Source of the DNA: a phage
DNA length: 64,000 nucleotides
Sequence record: PZ583741.1
Strand: one strand, 5' to 3'
A program made the translations under genes and the position numbers. Of this stretch, positions 21,180-31,277 are shown in pieces; position 1 is the first letter of the stretch, and each line of letters starts with the position of its first letter. The notes beneath the pieces were generated by a model. The model saw nothing but the letters and a program-made list of their open reading frames with translations, was not told where the DNA came from and did not search any database.

Positions 21180-21362
21180 ATGTGGGATGTGAAGTTGTCA
21201 ATTCGCTTAATGGGCCGCTCGTGCAAGAATTGCACTCAAGAATACATCGCGTCAGTTGCCGCAATCAGCGCTGAGGATGCGGTAGCGAAAGTAAAGGAGA
21301 TGTCAGGCGCTGACCCTGACACCCACAAATTCCTGGTAGCTTACGTTCGTGAGCAAAAGTAA
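21180..21362 (+). CDS. hypothetical small protein
   Basis: ATG 21180 after aaaggag; track ORF 21102 overlaps the tRNA and is trimmed. Confidence 0.4.
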   Translation: MWDVKLSIRLMGRSCKNCTQEYIASVAAISAEDAVAKVKEMSGADPDTHKFLVAYVREQK

Positions 21363-21406
21363 AAAGTGTTATACCCTCGTTAAGTTTCGTTTCTCTCGTT
21401 GTTTTT

Positions 21407-21431
21407 AGCCCTCGCTTGAGGGCTTTTTTTC
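21407..21431 (+). terminator. rho-independent terminator (agccctc-gcttg-agggct plus T7)
   Basis: Read directly. Confidence 0.7.
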
Positions 21432-21473
21432 GTCTGCAATATGCTATAATCTGGAATCAACAAAGGAGGATTT

Positions 21474-21980
21474 ATGAGCAAAGCAGCATTAAAGATGGGT
21501 GAGGGAAATTTCAAGGCGCTCTACAACAAGAAGTATGGCGACATTGCTATGGTGGCAATCAACCGCAAGTACACGCCTGAGGAAGTTTTCGATTTCGCCG
21601 TTAGATACTTCTCCTGGGCTGAGAGCGAGGCAATTAAGGCTATTGAGACGGCTGCTTTCCAGGGTGTGGTTAGCGAGAGCCTCGTACACAAGCCTAGAGT
21701 ATTCACCTTAACTGGGCTGGCGCTCTTTATGGGTGTCAATATCAATAGATTCGCTCGCTGGCGTACTGAGGCTGGATACTCTGATGTGATGGAATTCATT
21801 GATAACGTTATTTACGAGCAGAAGTACCAGCTTGGTGTCGCAGGCATCATCAACTCTACCATCGTTGGTAAAGAGCTAGGAATTGATAAGCCGCAGGAGA
21901 TTAAGATTAGCAACAACTCCACAGCTAACGATGTTGACAGTATGAAGGAAGCACTTGAGTCCGTGATCAGTAAGCTATAG
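21474..21980 (+). CDS. putative terminase small subunit
   Basis: 168 aa; first gene of packaging operon; positional inference. Confidence 0.4.
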   Translation: MSKAALKMGEGNFKALYNKKYGDIAMVAINRKYTPEEVFDFAVRYFSWAESEAIKAIETAAFQGVVSESLVHKPRVFTLTGLALFMGVNINRFARWRTEAGYSDVMEFIDNVIYEQKYQLGVAGIINSTIVGKELGIDKPQEIKISNNSTANDVDSMKEALESVISKL

Positions 21981-22048
21981 CACTTATTGTTAAAAGAATG
22001 GGCCCAATCAATGAGATAATTGGGTCACTAACTTAACGAGGTGATGAT

Positions 22049-22561
22049 ATGAATTGGCATGATTATTTTGAATACAAAGATGGGAAGATTTACTGGAAAG
22101 ATTACGATAGCGAGAAGCTTGGAAGGAGAAGGATACAGCGAAGATTCATAGGGAAAGAGGTTGGCGGCATTGATAAAAGCCTAGGGTATGTTAGGGTAAA
22201 CATGCCTGGTAAAAAATATTGGGTTCATAGAATAATCTGGGAAATGCATAACGGAGCAATACCAGAAGGTATGCAAATTGACCATATAAATCATGTTAGA
22301 AATGATAACAGGATAGAAAACATTAGGTTAGTTACAATTCAGGAAAATAGAAAGAATCAGTCAATAAATTCTAGGAATAAGACCGGGGTTACCGGAGTCT
22401 GCATAGTATCTAGGACTGGCAAGTATGTAGCTCAAATAAAAAAGGATGGAGAGAATATTCACTTGGGATTCTTTGATAATATTCACGACGCATCGATTGT
22501 CAGGGCGAGGGCTGAATTTATTCTTGGGTATCATAAAAACCACGGGAGGAAAGATGAGTGA
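22049..22561 (+). CDS. HNH homing endonuclease with AP2-like domain
   Basis: 170 aa; HRIIWEMHNGAIPEGMQIDHINH; overlaps the large terminase start. Confidence 0.75.
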   Translation: MNWHDYFEYKDGKIYWKDYDSEKLGRRRIQRRFIGKEVGGIDKSLGYVRVNMPGKKYWVHRIIWEMHNGAIPEGMQIDHINHVRNDNRIENIRLVTIQENRKNQSINSRNKTGVTGVCIVSRTGKYVAQIKKDGENIHLGFFDNIHDASIVRARAEFILGYHKNHGRKDE

Positions 22562-24125
22562 TTTGATAGTTTGGGATGAGTTAAATCATGCGCAGAAGAT
22601 GGCTATCAAGGCCATCTCTGAGCATAGTTTCGAGGGGTTCTTGCGGTGTTTCTTCCAGATAACTCAGGGCGAGAGATTCAAAATGAATTGGCATGCGAAG
22701 TACCTTTGCCGCGTCATTGATGAGATTCTTGAGGGTAAGAGAAAGGATACCATCATAAACGTATCTCCGGGATCTGCCAAAACCGAACTGTTTAGCATCC
22801 ACTTCCCTGTATATAGCATGATTAAGATTAAGAAGGTTAGGAATCTTAGTTTGTCGTTCTCTGACTCATTGGTTAAGCGCAACTCCAAGCGCGTAAGGGA
22901 TTTGATAAAATCAAAGGAGTTCCAGGAGCTTTGGCCCTGCACCTTTGGAACGTGCAGGGATGACGAGATTCAGGTTCTTGATGAGAATGGCAAAGTTAGG
23001 TTTGAGTCTATATCTAAGGCGATGGCTGGTCAGGTGACAGGAAGCAGGGGCGGCTACATGACTGACGATTATAGTGGTTGCATAATGCTGGATGACCCAC
23101 TAAAGCCTGATGACGCGTTAAGTAATGTAAGAAGAGAGGCTGTCAATATGCTTCTCAAGAACACAATCCGTTCACGTCGAGCTAGCTCAGTAAAGGGAAA
23201 AGAAACGCCAATACTTTCCGTGCAGCAAAGACTTCATGTTCTGGACACTAGCCACTTCATGGAGTCAGGGCAAATGGGCATAAAGTTCGACGTAGTGAAA
23301 GTTCCAGCCATAGTCACAGAGGATTACGCCGACACGCTTCCTGATTGGATCAAACAACAATTTATTGATGATGTTCTTTCATCACCATTTGTAGAGCGGG
23401 ATGGAGTTAAGTATTACAGCTACTTTCCGGCAAAGGAGTCAATAGAAGACCTGATGGCTATGTGGGATGCTGACCCGTACACGTTCCTTAGTCAGTACCA
23501 GCAGGAACCTGTAGCTCTGGGCGGCAATCTTATTAATGTGGATTGGTTCCAGCGCCTTAGTGATACATTCATACCTCCAGCCAAGTATGATTATCGATTC
23601 ATCACATGCGATACCGCGATGACCACTAAAAGTTACAGCGACTTCTCTGTTCTTCAGTTGTGGGGCTATAAAGATGCTAAGATTTACCTTATTGATCAGC
23701 GCAGGGGTAAATGGGAGGCCCCAGAGTTGGAGGCTGAACTTCTGGACTTTGAGAAGAAATCAAGGGCAACCAGTCAGTCAGATGGTATCCTCAGAAAGAT
23801 TATTATCGAGAAGAAAGCGTCTGGTATCGGCCTGATTCAATCAGCTGGCAGGGTTATGCGAACACCGATAGAGCCATACGTACCGGATAATGACAAGCTA
23901 ACCAGGGTGATGAGTGCACTACCACAGATTAAGGCTGGTAACGTAGTTCTTCCAGAGTCATCGCCGTGGCTAAACGGATTGCTCACTGAGGTTGCGGCTT
24001 TTACGGCAGATGACTCGCATAAGCACGACGACCAAATTGACTGTCTAACAATGGCGGTAAACCTTGTACTTAACATCGCTGATGATCCTAAGGCGAGACT
24101 GATGCGCATAGCGGGAATGAAATAG
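22554..24125 (+). CDS. terminase large subunit (family different from genome A)
   Basis: Walker A-like VSPGSAKT, ...IMLDDPLKPDD, nuclease-domain-like TCDTAMTT...SDFSVLQLWG; start at M37 of track ORF 22446. Confidence 0.75.
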   Translation: MSDLIVWDELNHAQKMAIKAISEHSFEGFLRCFFQITQGERFKMNWHAKYLCRVIDEILEGKRKDTIINVSPGSAKTELFSIHFPVYSMIKIKKVRNLSLSFSDSLVKRNSKRVRDLIKSKEFQELWPCTFGTCRDDEIQVLDENGKVRFESISKAMAGQVTGSRGGYMTDDYSGCIMLDDPLKPDDALSNVRREAVNMLLKNTIRSRRASSVKGKETPILSVQQRLHVLDTSHFMESGQMGIKFDVVKVPAIVTEDYADTLPDWIKQQFIDDVLSSPFVERDGVKYYSYFPAKESIEDLMAMWDADPYTFLSQYQQEPVALGGNLINVDWFQRLSDTFIPPAKYDYRFITCDTAMTTKSYSDFSVLQLWGYKDAKIYLIDQRRGKWEAPELEAELLDFEKKSRATSQSDGILRKIIIEKKASGIGLIQSAGRVMRTPIEPYVPDNDKLTRVMSALPQIKAGNVVLPESSPWLNGLLTEVAAFTADDSHKHDDQIDCLTMAVNLVLNIADDPKARLMRIAGMK

Positions 24126-24139
24126 CACAAATTGCTAAA
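24122..24139 (+). promoter_or_regulatory. B cassette motif (atagcacaaattgctaaa)
   Basis: 22 nt then TATAGT, then cacacaaaagagaggag. Confidence 0.55.
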
Positions 24140-24194
24140 CACTAAAGCCACGGATGGCGTATAGTTACTTCACACAAAAGAGAGGAGAAGAAAG

Positions 24195-24527
24195 ATGAAG
24201 GCAGTATTTAAAGGTTATAAAAAAGCTGGTCGTTTGGAATTTACTATTGGTAAGATTTATGAGTTATCAGAAACACGCGGAGTGGGTGGATATATGGTGG
24301 TGACTGATGACGGTGGCTTTCGGGCAATATTTATCCCAGACAACATCTATGATTTCGAGGTGTTGATCCCAGATGAATTTATCGGTAAAGAAAAGCAATT
24401 CAAATATTACATCAATGGCGAAGCTGTTTCTAAAGTCAAGTTCGATGATACACTGTTATGCGTCAAGGAATTTAAATCTGATGGCATTGATACATCATCA
24501 ATCAAGTTCGAAGTAAAATTCGAGTAA
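24195..24527 (+). CDS. cassette-associated hypothetical protein (paralog of 36172..36531)
   Basis: 110 aa ending FEVKFE; own cassette upstream and terminator downstream. Confidence 0.45.
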   Translation: MKAVFKGYKKAGRLEFTIGKIYELSETRGVGGYMVVTDDGGFRAIFIPDNIYDFEVLIPDEFIGKEKQFKYYINGEAVSKVKFDDTLLCVKEFKSDGIDTSSIKFEVKFE

Positions 24528-24548
24528 CCACAAAAGCTATGATAAACT

Positions 24549-24571
24549 AGCCCCTAAATGGGGCTTTTTTA
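24549..24571 (+). terminator. rho-independent terminator (agcccc-taaat-ggggct plus T6)
   Basis: Read directly. Confidence 0.7.
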
Positions 24572-24583
24572 TTGGAGAAAAAC

Positions 24584-25810
24584 ATGGTCAAGACAGACAG
24601 CTACGCCAATATCTTTCTAGGCGGCAGTGATGGTAGTGAGATTTACGGGAGCTTGCAGAACCAAGCGCCTACAATTCTGGCTTCGCTTTATGCGGATAAT
24701 GCACTGGTGCGTCGAATTATCGACACAATCCCGGAGACGGCATTAGCGGCAGGATTCCACATTGACGGCATTGATGACGAGCCTGCATTCTGGTCTCGCT
24801 GGGACTATCTGGAGTTGACAAGGCACATCAACGAAGCGTGGTCGTGGGCTAGATTGTTCGGTGGAGCGGCAATTGTCGCTATCGTTAAGGACAACAGAGC
24901 TCTAACAAGCCCAGTCAGAGAAGGTTCTGAGCTTGAAACTGTTCGCGTATACGACCGCACACAAGTAAAAGTCCAAACTCGAGAGGAGAATCCGCGCAAC
25001 GCACGTTTTGGTAATCCACTAACCTATCGCATCACCACTAATGAGAGCGATATGTTTTACGATGTGCATTACAGCCGCATTCATATCATCGACGGAGAGC
25101 GAATCCCTAACGTAATGCGTCGGCAAAATGATGGCTGGGGCCGCAGCGTTCTCTCCAGTGATATTCTTGACTCAATCAAGGATTACACCAACTGCGAACG
25201 ACTAGCGACTCAACTGCTCAAGCGTAAACAGCAAGCGGTCTGGAAAGTCAAGGACCTGGCATTGCTTTGTGATGATAGTGAAGGAGTTGGCGCGGCTCGT
25301 TTACGTCTCGCTCAAGTTGATAACAACAGCGGAGTTGGTCAGGCAATTGGCATTGATGCGGAATCGGAAGAATACAGCATTCTGAACTCTGATATTGGTG
25401 GGATTGATGCGTTCCTGGATAAGAAGTTCGACAGAATCGTTGCTCTGAGCGGCATCCATGAAATAATCCTGAAGAACAAGAACGTCGGCGGCTTATCATC
25501 AAGCCAGAATACAGCGCTTGAGACATTCCATAAGCTAGTCGATCGAAAGCGTAACGCTGAACTGCTGCCGATTCTCGGGTTCCTGATTCCGTTCATTTCA
25601 GACGAGCAAGAATGGTCAGTGGAGTTTAATCCTCTGGCTCAGGAATCAAGTAAAGATAAAGCGGAGACCCTTGAGAAGAACGTAAACAGTATAGCAACAC
25701 TAATTGCAGCTGGCGCTATGGATACTAGCGAAGCGCGTGATACACTACGAACTATCGCGCCAGAGATTAAGATTGGCGATGGCAATATCGAACCTAAAGA
25801 ACCAGTCTAG
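24584..25810 (+). CDS. portal protein
   Basis: 408 aa from ATG 24584 (track 24572 is a TTG); follows terminase; homologous blocks with A ORF 16480. Confidence 0.6.
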   Translation: MVKTDSYANIFLGGSDGSEIYGSLQNQAPTILASLYADNALVRRIIDTIPETALAAGFHIDGIDDEPAFWSRWDYLELTRHINEAWSWARLFGGAAIVAIVKDNRALTSPVREGSELETVRVYDRTQVKVQTREENPRNARFGNPLTYRITTNESDMFYDVHYSRIHIIDGERIPNVMRRQNDGWGRSVLSSDILDSIKDYTNCERLATQLLKRKQQAVWKVKDLALLCDDSEGVGAARLRLAQVDNNSGVGQAIGIDAESEEYSILNSDIGGIDAFLDKKFDRIVALSGIHEIILKNKNVGGLSSSQNTALETFHKLVDRKRNAELLPILGFLIPFISDEQEWSVEFNPLAQESSKDKAETLEKNVNSIATLIAAGAMDTSEARDTLRTIAPEIKIGDGNIEPKEPV

Positions 25811-25879
25811 GAAGCAATGGCGACGACAGAGGAACCTAATGAATGATGAATTTGATGGCTTTTAGTGAGGAGAATTGGG

Positions 25880-26965
25880 ATGTCTAAAGCCCGCTATGAC
25901 AGTGTAAAGTTTAAAGCAACAATCGACGAGAATGGATTCTTAGTTGACACTCCGGTAGTCGCTCGTCTCGGCGTGCAAGTCTACTACATGGAAGATGGTC
26001 GAACGGTTCGAGAGTTTCGCCCGGCAGAGGAGGTTTTCAATGATGAATCTCTGGCAAGCTACCAGGGTAAGCCAATGACTCTTGATCATGTTTTCGTTAA
26101 CTCAGAGAACGCTAAAGAGGTAGTAGTCGGCTCAGTTGCTGGAAAGGCAGAGCCATTAGGCAGCTCCGTGGTTGCTCCAATTGTTATTTACGATAATGCC
26201 GCCATTCAGGAAGCTATGTCAGGTAACGCAAAGGAGTTATCCGTTGGATACTCATCAGTCATTGATTACACCCCAGGTTGGGGTGACCCTGTTACTGGTG
26301 AGTACTTCCTTAAGTCTGAAAGTGAGCTATTCGACGTACCAGAAGGATGGCAGGAGTTCGACGCAATTCAGCGTGACATTAAAGTGAACCATCTCGCAAT
26401 GGTATATCGCGGTCGCGCAGGTATTGCCAAATTGAATATGGACGGTGAGCAGGAAAACCCGTATACTACTGACGTTGATATCAATAAAGAGGATAAACAG
26501 GAAATGATTAAGATTAAACTAGACGGCGCGCAGGAATTCGAAGTCGCCCCAGAAATCGCTTCTCACATCGAAGCGCTGAACGCAAAGGCTGACACTGCAA
26601 TCGCAGAGCGCGACTCGCTGAAAGCTAAGGTAGATGCAATTCCAGCTGAAATCGAGAAAGCAGTAGCTAAAGCTAAAGCTGATGCCGATGCCCTAGCCGC
26701 TCTGGTTGCTGTTGCTGCTGAAGCTGGTGTTAAGGCTGACGGCCTGGATGCTAAAGGCATTAAAGTTGCTTACGTTAAAGAAGTCTCCAGTCTTGATGTT
26801 TCCGAGAAGTCTGACGCTTACATCGACGCAGCGTTCGACATTGCCAAAGAATCTGATAAAATGGCTGAAGTACGTAAAGCGACTACCGCTTCCGACAAAT
26901 CTGACAGCGCCGAAGAGCCTAAGAAATTAGACCCGCGTGCTCGTTTAGCTAAAATTAAGAAATAA
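25880..26965 (+). CDS. putative head scaffolding / maturation protein
   Basis: 362 aa; Ala/Lys-rich coiled-coil C-terminal half; position between portal and capsid. Confidence 0.4.
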   Translation: MSKARYDSVKFKATIDENGFLVDTPVVARLGVQVYYMEDGRTVREFRPAEEVFNDESLASYQGKPMTLDHVFVNSENAKEVVVGSVAGKAEPLGSSVVAPIVIYDNAAIQEAMSGNAKELSVGYSSVIDYTPGWGDPVTGEYFLKSESELFDVPEGWQEFDAIQRDIKVNHLAMVYRGRAGIAKLNMDGEQENPYTTDVDINKEDKQEMIKIKLDGAQEFEVAPEIASHIEALNAKADTAIAERDSLKAKVDAIPAEIEKAVAKAKADADALAALVAVAAEAGVKADGLDAKGIKVAYVKEVSSLDVSEKSDAYIDAAFDIAKESDKMAEVRKATTASDKSDSAEEPKKLDPRARLAKIKK

Positions 26966-26977
26966 GGAGTTATAAAC

Positions 26978-27487
26978 ATGGCAATTCGTTCCGTAGCACT
27001 GGCTGGTATGGTTTCTGATACCTCTCTGTATAACATCGACGGCGCTTGCGTAGTTGGCGGCAGCGATGCAATTCCGGTTGGTACTGTTGTTGGTGTAACA
27101 GCCGCTCAGCCTATAGATGGTCACAAAGTTGTTGGCCTTCCAGCTGTAACTGGCACGGCAGTTAAACCTTATGGTGTTGTTGTTAAATCTCATTACGAGA
27201 CTCCAGATGGCACAGCTCGCGTAAATGAAGCAGTTAACGTAATGACTCATGGTCGCATCTGGGTTCGCACCACTTTAGCAGCCGCGCCAGTTTTTGGTAG
27301 CAAGGTTTTCGTAAACGCAAGTGGTGTAGTTGTTGCTGAAGCGGCTACTACTACTTGGGAAACTGGTTTTACATTTGCTGGCGGTTACATCGCAAACACT
27401 GGCACAGACCCACAAAACCTGAGCGTTGATGGTGCCCTAGTTGAGGTTCAGCTTATCCAATCCACGGACTCAACCGTTGCAGCATAA
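26978..27487 (+). CDS. putative head decoration or accessory capsid protein
   Basis: 169 aa Gly/Val/Thr-rich ORF immediately upstream of major capsid. Confidence 0.3.
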   Translation: MAIRSVALAGMVSDTSLYNIDGACVVGGSDAIPVGTVVGVTAAQPIDGHKVVGLPAVTGTAVKPYGVVVKSHYETPDGTARVNEAVNVMTHGRIWVRTTLAAAPVFGSKVFVNASGVVVAEAATTTWETGFTFAGGYIANTGTDPQNLSVDGALVEVQLIQSTDSTVAA

Positions 27488-27504
27488 TAGTTAAGACTAA
27501 ACTA

Positions 27505-27527
27505 ACCCGCTTCGGCGGGTTTTTTAT
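27505..27527 (+). terminator. rho-independent terminator (acccgc-ttcg-gcgggt plus T6)
   Basis: Read directly. Confidence 0.75.
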
Positions 27528-27610
27528 TGCCTATCATCTCATCATTGCGTGGTCTAAAAACTCGTGTATAATGAACACGTAGACACCTAACTGAAAAGGA
27601 ACAATAAAGA

Positions 27611-28552
27611 ATGGCCATTAAATTTGATGCAGAACAAGCAAAAATCACCGCTCATCTCGAGCAAATGGGCGTAGACAAAGCTGATGCCGCTGGTATCTGG
27701 ACCGTTAAGCAACTGACCGCCAATCTGGCACGTGCTTACGAAAAAGAATATCCAGACAACTCCGTTGTTAATATCTTCCCTGTAACCAATGAAATCCCAG
27801 GTCATGCGAAATATTTCGAATATCCAGAATTTGACGGCGTTGGCATTGCTCAGATTATCGCTGATTACTCTGACGACTTGCCGCTGGTTGATGCGTTTAT
27901 GACAGAGAAACAAGGTAAAGTGTTCCGCTTCGGTAACGCGTTCCTGATCTCTACTGATGAAATCAAAGCTGGCGCTGCTACTGGTCAATCGCTGTCATCT
28001 CGTAAGCAGGCGTTGGCATTCGAAGCGCACGATAACCTGTTGGATAAACTGGTATGGTCCGGCTCTACACCGCACGGCATTCCTAGCGTATTCGACCATC
28101 CGAACATCAACAACGTTGTTGCTGGTACGTGGAACTCCGCAGCTGCCGCCATGACTGATATTACCGCACTTATTGATGCAATCGAGACTTCGACTAATGG
28201 CACTCACACCGCAACTGATATTCTGCTGCCTGCTTCCGCTCGCCGCTTGATGCAAGAGCTGGTTCCTAACACCTCTATCAGTTACGCGCAGCTGTTCGCC
28301 ACCAACAACTCGGGTATCAATCTGCGTTACCTTCAGTTCCTGGATAACTACGATGGCGCAGGCGGCAAAGCTGCTCTGGCTTTTGAGAAGGATGCATTAA
28401 ATATGTCTATCGAGATCCCGGAGGCCACTAACGTACTTCCTGGTCAAATGAAGGATTTACATATCAAGTACCCCGTAACCTCTAAGGCTACAGGTTTGAT
28501 TTTATATCGTCCTCTGACGATGGCGGTAATGAAAGGCATTACCTACGAGTAA
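27611..28552 (+). CDS. putative major capsid protein
   Basis: 313 aa; own promoter-like region and strong terminator; position in head module. Confidence 0.5.
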   Translation: MAIKFDAEQAKITAHLEQMGVDKADAAGIWTVKQLTANLARAYEKEYPDNSVVNIFPVTNEIPGHAKYFEYPEFDGVGIAQIIADYSDDLPLVDAFMTEKQGKVFRFGNAFLISTDEIKAGAATGQSLSSRKQALAFEAHDNLLDKLVWSGSTPHGIPSVFDHPNINNVVAGTWNSAAAAMTDITALIDAIETSTNGTHTATDILLPASARRLMQELVPNTSISYAQLFATNNSGINLRYLQFLDNYDGAGGKAALAFEKDALNMSIEIPEATNVLPGQMKDLHIKYPVTSKATGLILYRPLTMAVMKGITYE

Positions 28553-28557
28553 TAAAT

Positions 28558-28582
28558 GGCCCTCTTCGGAGGGCTTTTTTAC
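28558..28582 (+). terminator. rho-independent terminator (ggccctc-ttcg-gagggct plus T6)
   Basis: Read directly. Confidence 0.75.
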
Positions 28583-28644
28583 GTCTGTACCAAATGGAAT
28601 TGTTGGGTTATAATCACTCAATCAGATAAACAAAGGAGACAAAA

Positions 28645-28890
28645 ATGATTCGTTTAGAACACACTGGCGCTTGCCTTATCGTTTACAGTGGCGAGAAATA
28701 TCTACCTGGTGACACTTTCGAGGTTGATGTAATTTGCGACGGACTAAAGCGTTTAATCGCAGAGGGCAAACTCACCATTGATGGTGATGCCAAAGCAACC
28801 AAACAGATTGCGCAGGAAGTTGTTAGCAAGAAAAAGCGCAAGGAACCGAAAACCATCTCCGAAGCTGAGACTGGCAACGAGTACAAATAA
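28645..28890 (+). CDS. hypothetical head-associated protein
   Basis: 81 aa ORF. Confidence 0.35.
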   Translation: MIRLEHTGACLIVYSGEKYLPGDTFEVDVICDGLKRLIAEGKLTIDGDAKATKQIAQEVVSKKKRKEPKTISEAETGNEYK

Positions 28891-28931
28891 CAAACAGGGG
28901 GCTTAGGCCTCCTTTATTGTATGGAGCTAAT

Positions 28932-29333
28932 ATGAATGATGCAATTTTGGCGTTTATGCGCTCACTCGTTCCTGCGCTCAAGGCAGTGGATGACGAATCA
29001 ATTAATGTATGGATTGATTTGGCACGTCTATACGTATGCGAAAGCAAGTTTGGCGCAGACAAAGATAAGGCAGTAGGACTTTACGCATTACACTTGATGC
29101 TTGCTGATGGCGCATTTAAGGGTGAGAATGAAGGATTGGAAACATACAGCCGTAGAATGGCAAGTTATGCACTGAGCGGTGAATTCTCTATCACCTACGA
29201 TAACCAATCAGCAATCCAGGGTGATTTATCATCTTCCTCCTGGGGTCGTATGTACAAAGCACTGCTCCGCAAGAAAGGTGGCGGCTTTGGATTGATTACT
29301 TCCGCTGGTGGCGGTGGGTGCGGTTGCCGATGA
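28932..29333 (+). CDS. putative head-tail connector / head completion protein
   Basis: ATG 28932; positional. Confidence 0.3.
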   Translation: MNDAILAFMRSLVPALKAVDDESINVWIDLARLYVCESKFGADKDKAVGLYALHLMLADGAFKGENEGLETYSRRMASYALSGEFSITYDNQSAIQGDLSSSSWGRMYKALLRKKGGGFGLITSAGGGGCGCR

Positions 29334-29701
29334 ACTACAGCGAAATCGAATCAATCACTCGCTCTGGAATTAACTTCTTTAGTGATGCTAATGGTGTTTA
29401 CGAGATGAGCACTGGCGCTGGATATGTTGAAATCGTTAACGGAGTTGAAGTAGAAGTGCCAGCGCAAACATTCCAGCTAAAAGGCTTAGTGCGAGAAATC
29501 AAGACGCGCGATATTGATGGTGAGTTTATCCAGTTTGGCGATAAGCGCGGAATCTTCACGGCTCAGGTGGAAATTAAGCAGGGTTATCAGATTAAAGTTG
29601 ATGGTGAGACTTTTGTTGTCGTTGACCCGCGCCCAGTTAAACCGACTGGCACAGTTGTTGGGTATAGACCGATTCTTCGTAGGGTGGCTACTTATGGCTA
29701 G
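29330..29701 (+). CDS. putative head-tail joining protein
   Basis: ATG 29330 overlapping upstream stop; positional. Confidence 0.3.
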   Translation: MNYSEIESITRSGINFFSDANGVYEMSTGAGYVEIVNGVEVEVPAQTFQLKGLVREIKTRDIDGEFIQFGDKRGIFTAQVEIKQGYQIKVDGETFVVVDPRPVKPTGTVVGYRPILRRVATYG

Positions 29702-30131
29702 AAATATTGGAAGCGTTGCTACGTTTGAGAAATCTATTGCTGACTGGATTGACAGAGCAGATAATGGATTTGAAATTGTAGTAGCTAATACAGTTACCAA
29801 GACAGCTAATGCAATTGTTGACCTTTCTCCTGTCGACACTGGTAGGTTCAAAGCTAACTGGCAAATCACCGCAAACTCACCAGCTCAGCAATCACTGAAT
29901 GAGTACGATCAGACTGGTGGGCAGACAAAAACATATCTCGCCAGACAGGCTAGAGCTGTCGCCAACTCAAAAGCTACGAGTGTTATTTATATAACCAACC
30001 GACTTGATTACGCTGCTGGGCTTGAGTATGGGGCATCAAATCAGGCTCCAGCTGGCGTTTTGGGTGTTGTGCAAGCAAGGTTGGGCAGGTACTTCCAGGA
30101 AGCGGTAGAGGAGGCTCGTCGTGCAATATGA
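29694..30131 (+). CDS. putative neck / tail completion protein
   Basis: ATG 29694; track ORF 29514 is over-extended. Confidence 0.3.
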   Translation: MARNIGSVATFEKSIADWIDRADNGFEIVVANTVTKTANAIVDLSPVDTGRFKANWQITANSPAQQSLNEYDQTGGQTKTYLARQARAVANSKATSVIYITNRLDYAAGLEYGASNQAPAGVLGVVQARLGRYFQEAVEEARRAI

Positions 30132-30522
30132 ATTATCATTAGCAGCAAGGAAATTCGTCAACGATTTGTTGGTAAATGAATTTCCGGTCAGGTATCCAGT
30201 TGCGTGGGAGAACGCTAAGTTTACTCCTCCTGTCGATGGCTCAATCTGGCTTAAGTACGACTACACGGAAGTTGACACCGTAACTTACGGATTAAGCAGG
30301 AAGTGCAAATACTACGTAGGCATGGTGCAGATTTCAGTATTCTTCAGTCCTGGTACTGGAATTGATAAGCCGAGACGTATTGCTAATCAATTGGCAGAAT
30401 CTATCGTTGATGGTACAATGCTTGACAGCGGGACCATTTATGAGTCTGGAGTTGTTAACCCCGTTATCAAATCCAAGTCTGGGTGGTTTATCCCGGTTCG
30501 TTTTTATGTTCGTCTAGACTAA
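30121..30522 (+). CDS. putative tail terminator protein
   Basis: 133 aa; GTG start overlapping upstream stop; immediately upstream of major tail. Confidence 0.3.
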   Translation: MQYELSLAARKFVNDLLVNEFPVRYPVAWENAKFTPPVDGSIWLKYDYTEVDTVTYGLSRKCKYYVGMVQISVFFSPGTGIDKPRRIANQLAESIVDGTMLDSGTIYESGVVNPVIKSKSGWFIPVRFYVRLD

Positions 30523-30537
30523 CAAAAGGAAAAATAC

Positions 30538-31194
30538 ATGGCTCATTTATCAAACGGCACCCAGGTGTTCGTAGAAGGCTCTCGCGGAACTGCAATTGAC
30601 GTAACAGCAATTTCTAACGCAGTTACACCTGTTTTAACTGTATCTGACGCATCAGGCTTGGTTGTTGGTGATTACCTGCTTTTCACCTCCTCTGCTTCGA
30701 CGCTTCTGGCTGACAAGCAGGTTCGCGTAACTGCAATCTCTGGCACGTCAGTAACTGTTGAAGGTATTGATACATCCAGCACTACCAAGTTCCCAGCTGG
30801 TTTAACTGGTGAAGTTGTTAAGATCACTTCATGGTTCGAAGTTCCTTGTGTTCAGGATGTATCTACTGATGGTGGCGAACAGCAATTCGTTAACTTCCAG
30901 TGTCTTTCTGATGACCGTGAACAGCAGATTCCTACTTATAAGTCTGCGGTAACGAACACCTTCACCTTCGCTCACGAGTACACCAACCCGGTCTATCCGG
31001 TTCTGCGTAACTACGATGAGTCAGGTCAGGTTGTTGCAATTCGCCTGTTCGTACCTCGCGCTCAGGAAATGCGCTTGCAGTCCGGCACTATCGCTTTCAA
31101 CGACACCCCTACCATTGGTGTTAACGAAATCGAAACGGTATCCATCGCAGTATCCATTCGTGGTCGCCTGTCCTCTGTGGCAGCTGAAGTTTAA
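30538..31194 (+). CDS. putative major tail protein
   Basis: 218 aa, RBS aaaggaaaaatacATG, strong terminator downstream, upstream of chaperones and tape measure. Confidence 0.5.
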   Translation: MAHLSNGTQVFVEGSRGTAIDVTAISNAVTPVLTVSDASGLVVGDYLLFTSSASTLLADKQVRVTAISGTSVTVEGIDTSSTTKFPAGLTGEVVKITSWFEVPCVQDVSTDGGEQQFVNFQCLSDDREQQIPTYKSAVTNTFTFAHEYTNPVYPVLRNYDESGQVVAIRLFVPRAQEMRLQSGTIAFNDTPTIGVNEIETVSIAVSIRGRLSSVAAEV

Positions 31195-31200
31195 AGCATA

Positions 31201-31222
31201 AACCCTCTTCGGAGGGTTTTTT
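31201..31222 (+). terminator. rho-independent terminator (aaccctc-ttcg-gagggtt plus T6)
   Basis: Read directly. Confidence 0.75.
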
Positions 31223-31277
31223 ATTGCTACCAACCTGCTATAATGCAATCTCACAAACAATAAGAGGATTAACTAAG

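Noticed and set aside
21102-21362. ORF-track CDS of 86 aa overlapping the tRNA
   Set aside because: Its 5' third is the tRNA sequence; a start at 21180 with an aaaggag RBS is more plausible.
28893-28917. Putative terminator hairpin after ORF 28645..28890
   Set aside because: The apparent inverted repeat (gggggcttaggcctcc) does not pair well and has no U-run.
29514-30131. 205-aa ORF overlapping the head-tail joining gene, and other track ORFs that begin at TTG or GTG codons (24572, 28917, 35331, 36566, 54057, 57237, 49064)
   Set aside because: The extended N-termini overlap upstream genes or terminators; downstream ATG codons with RBS were preferred.
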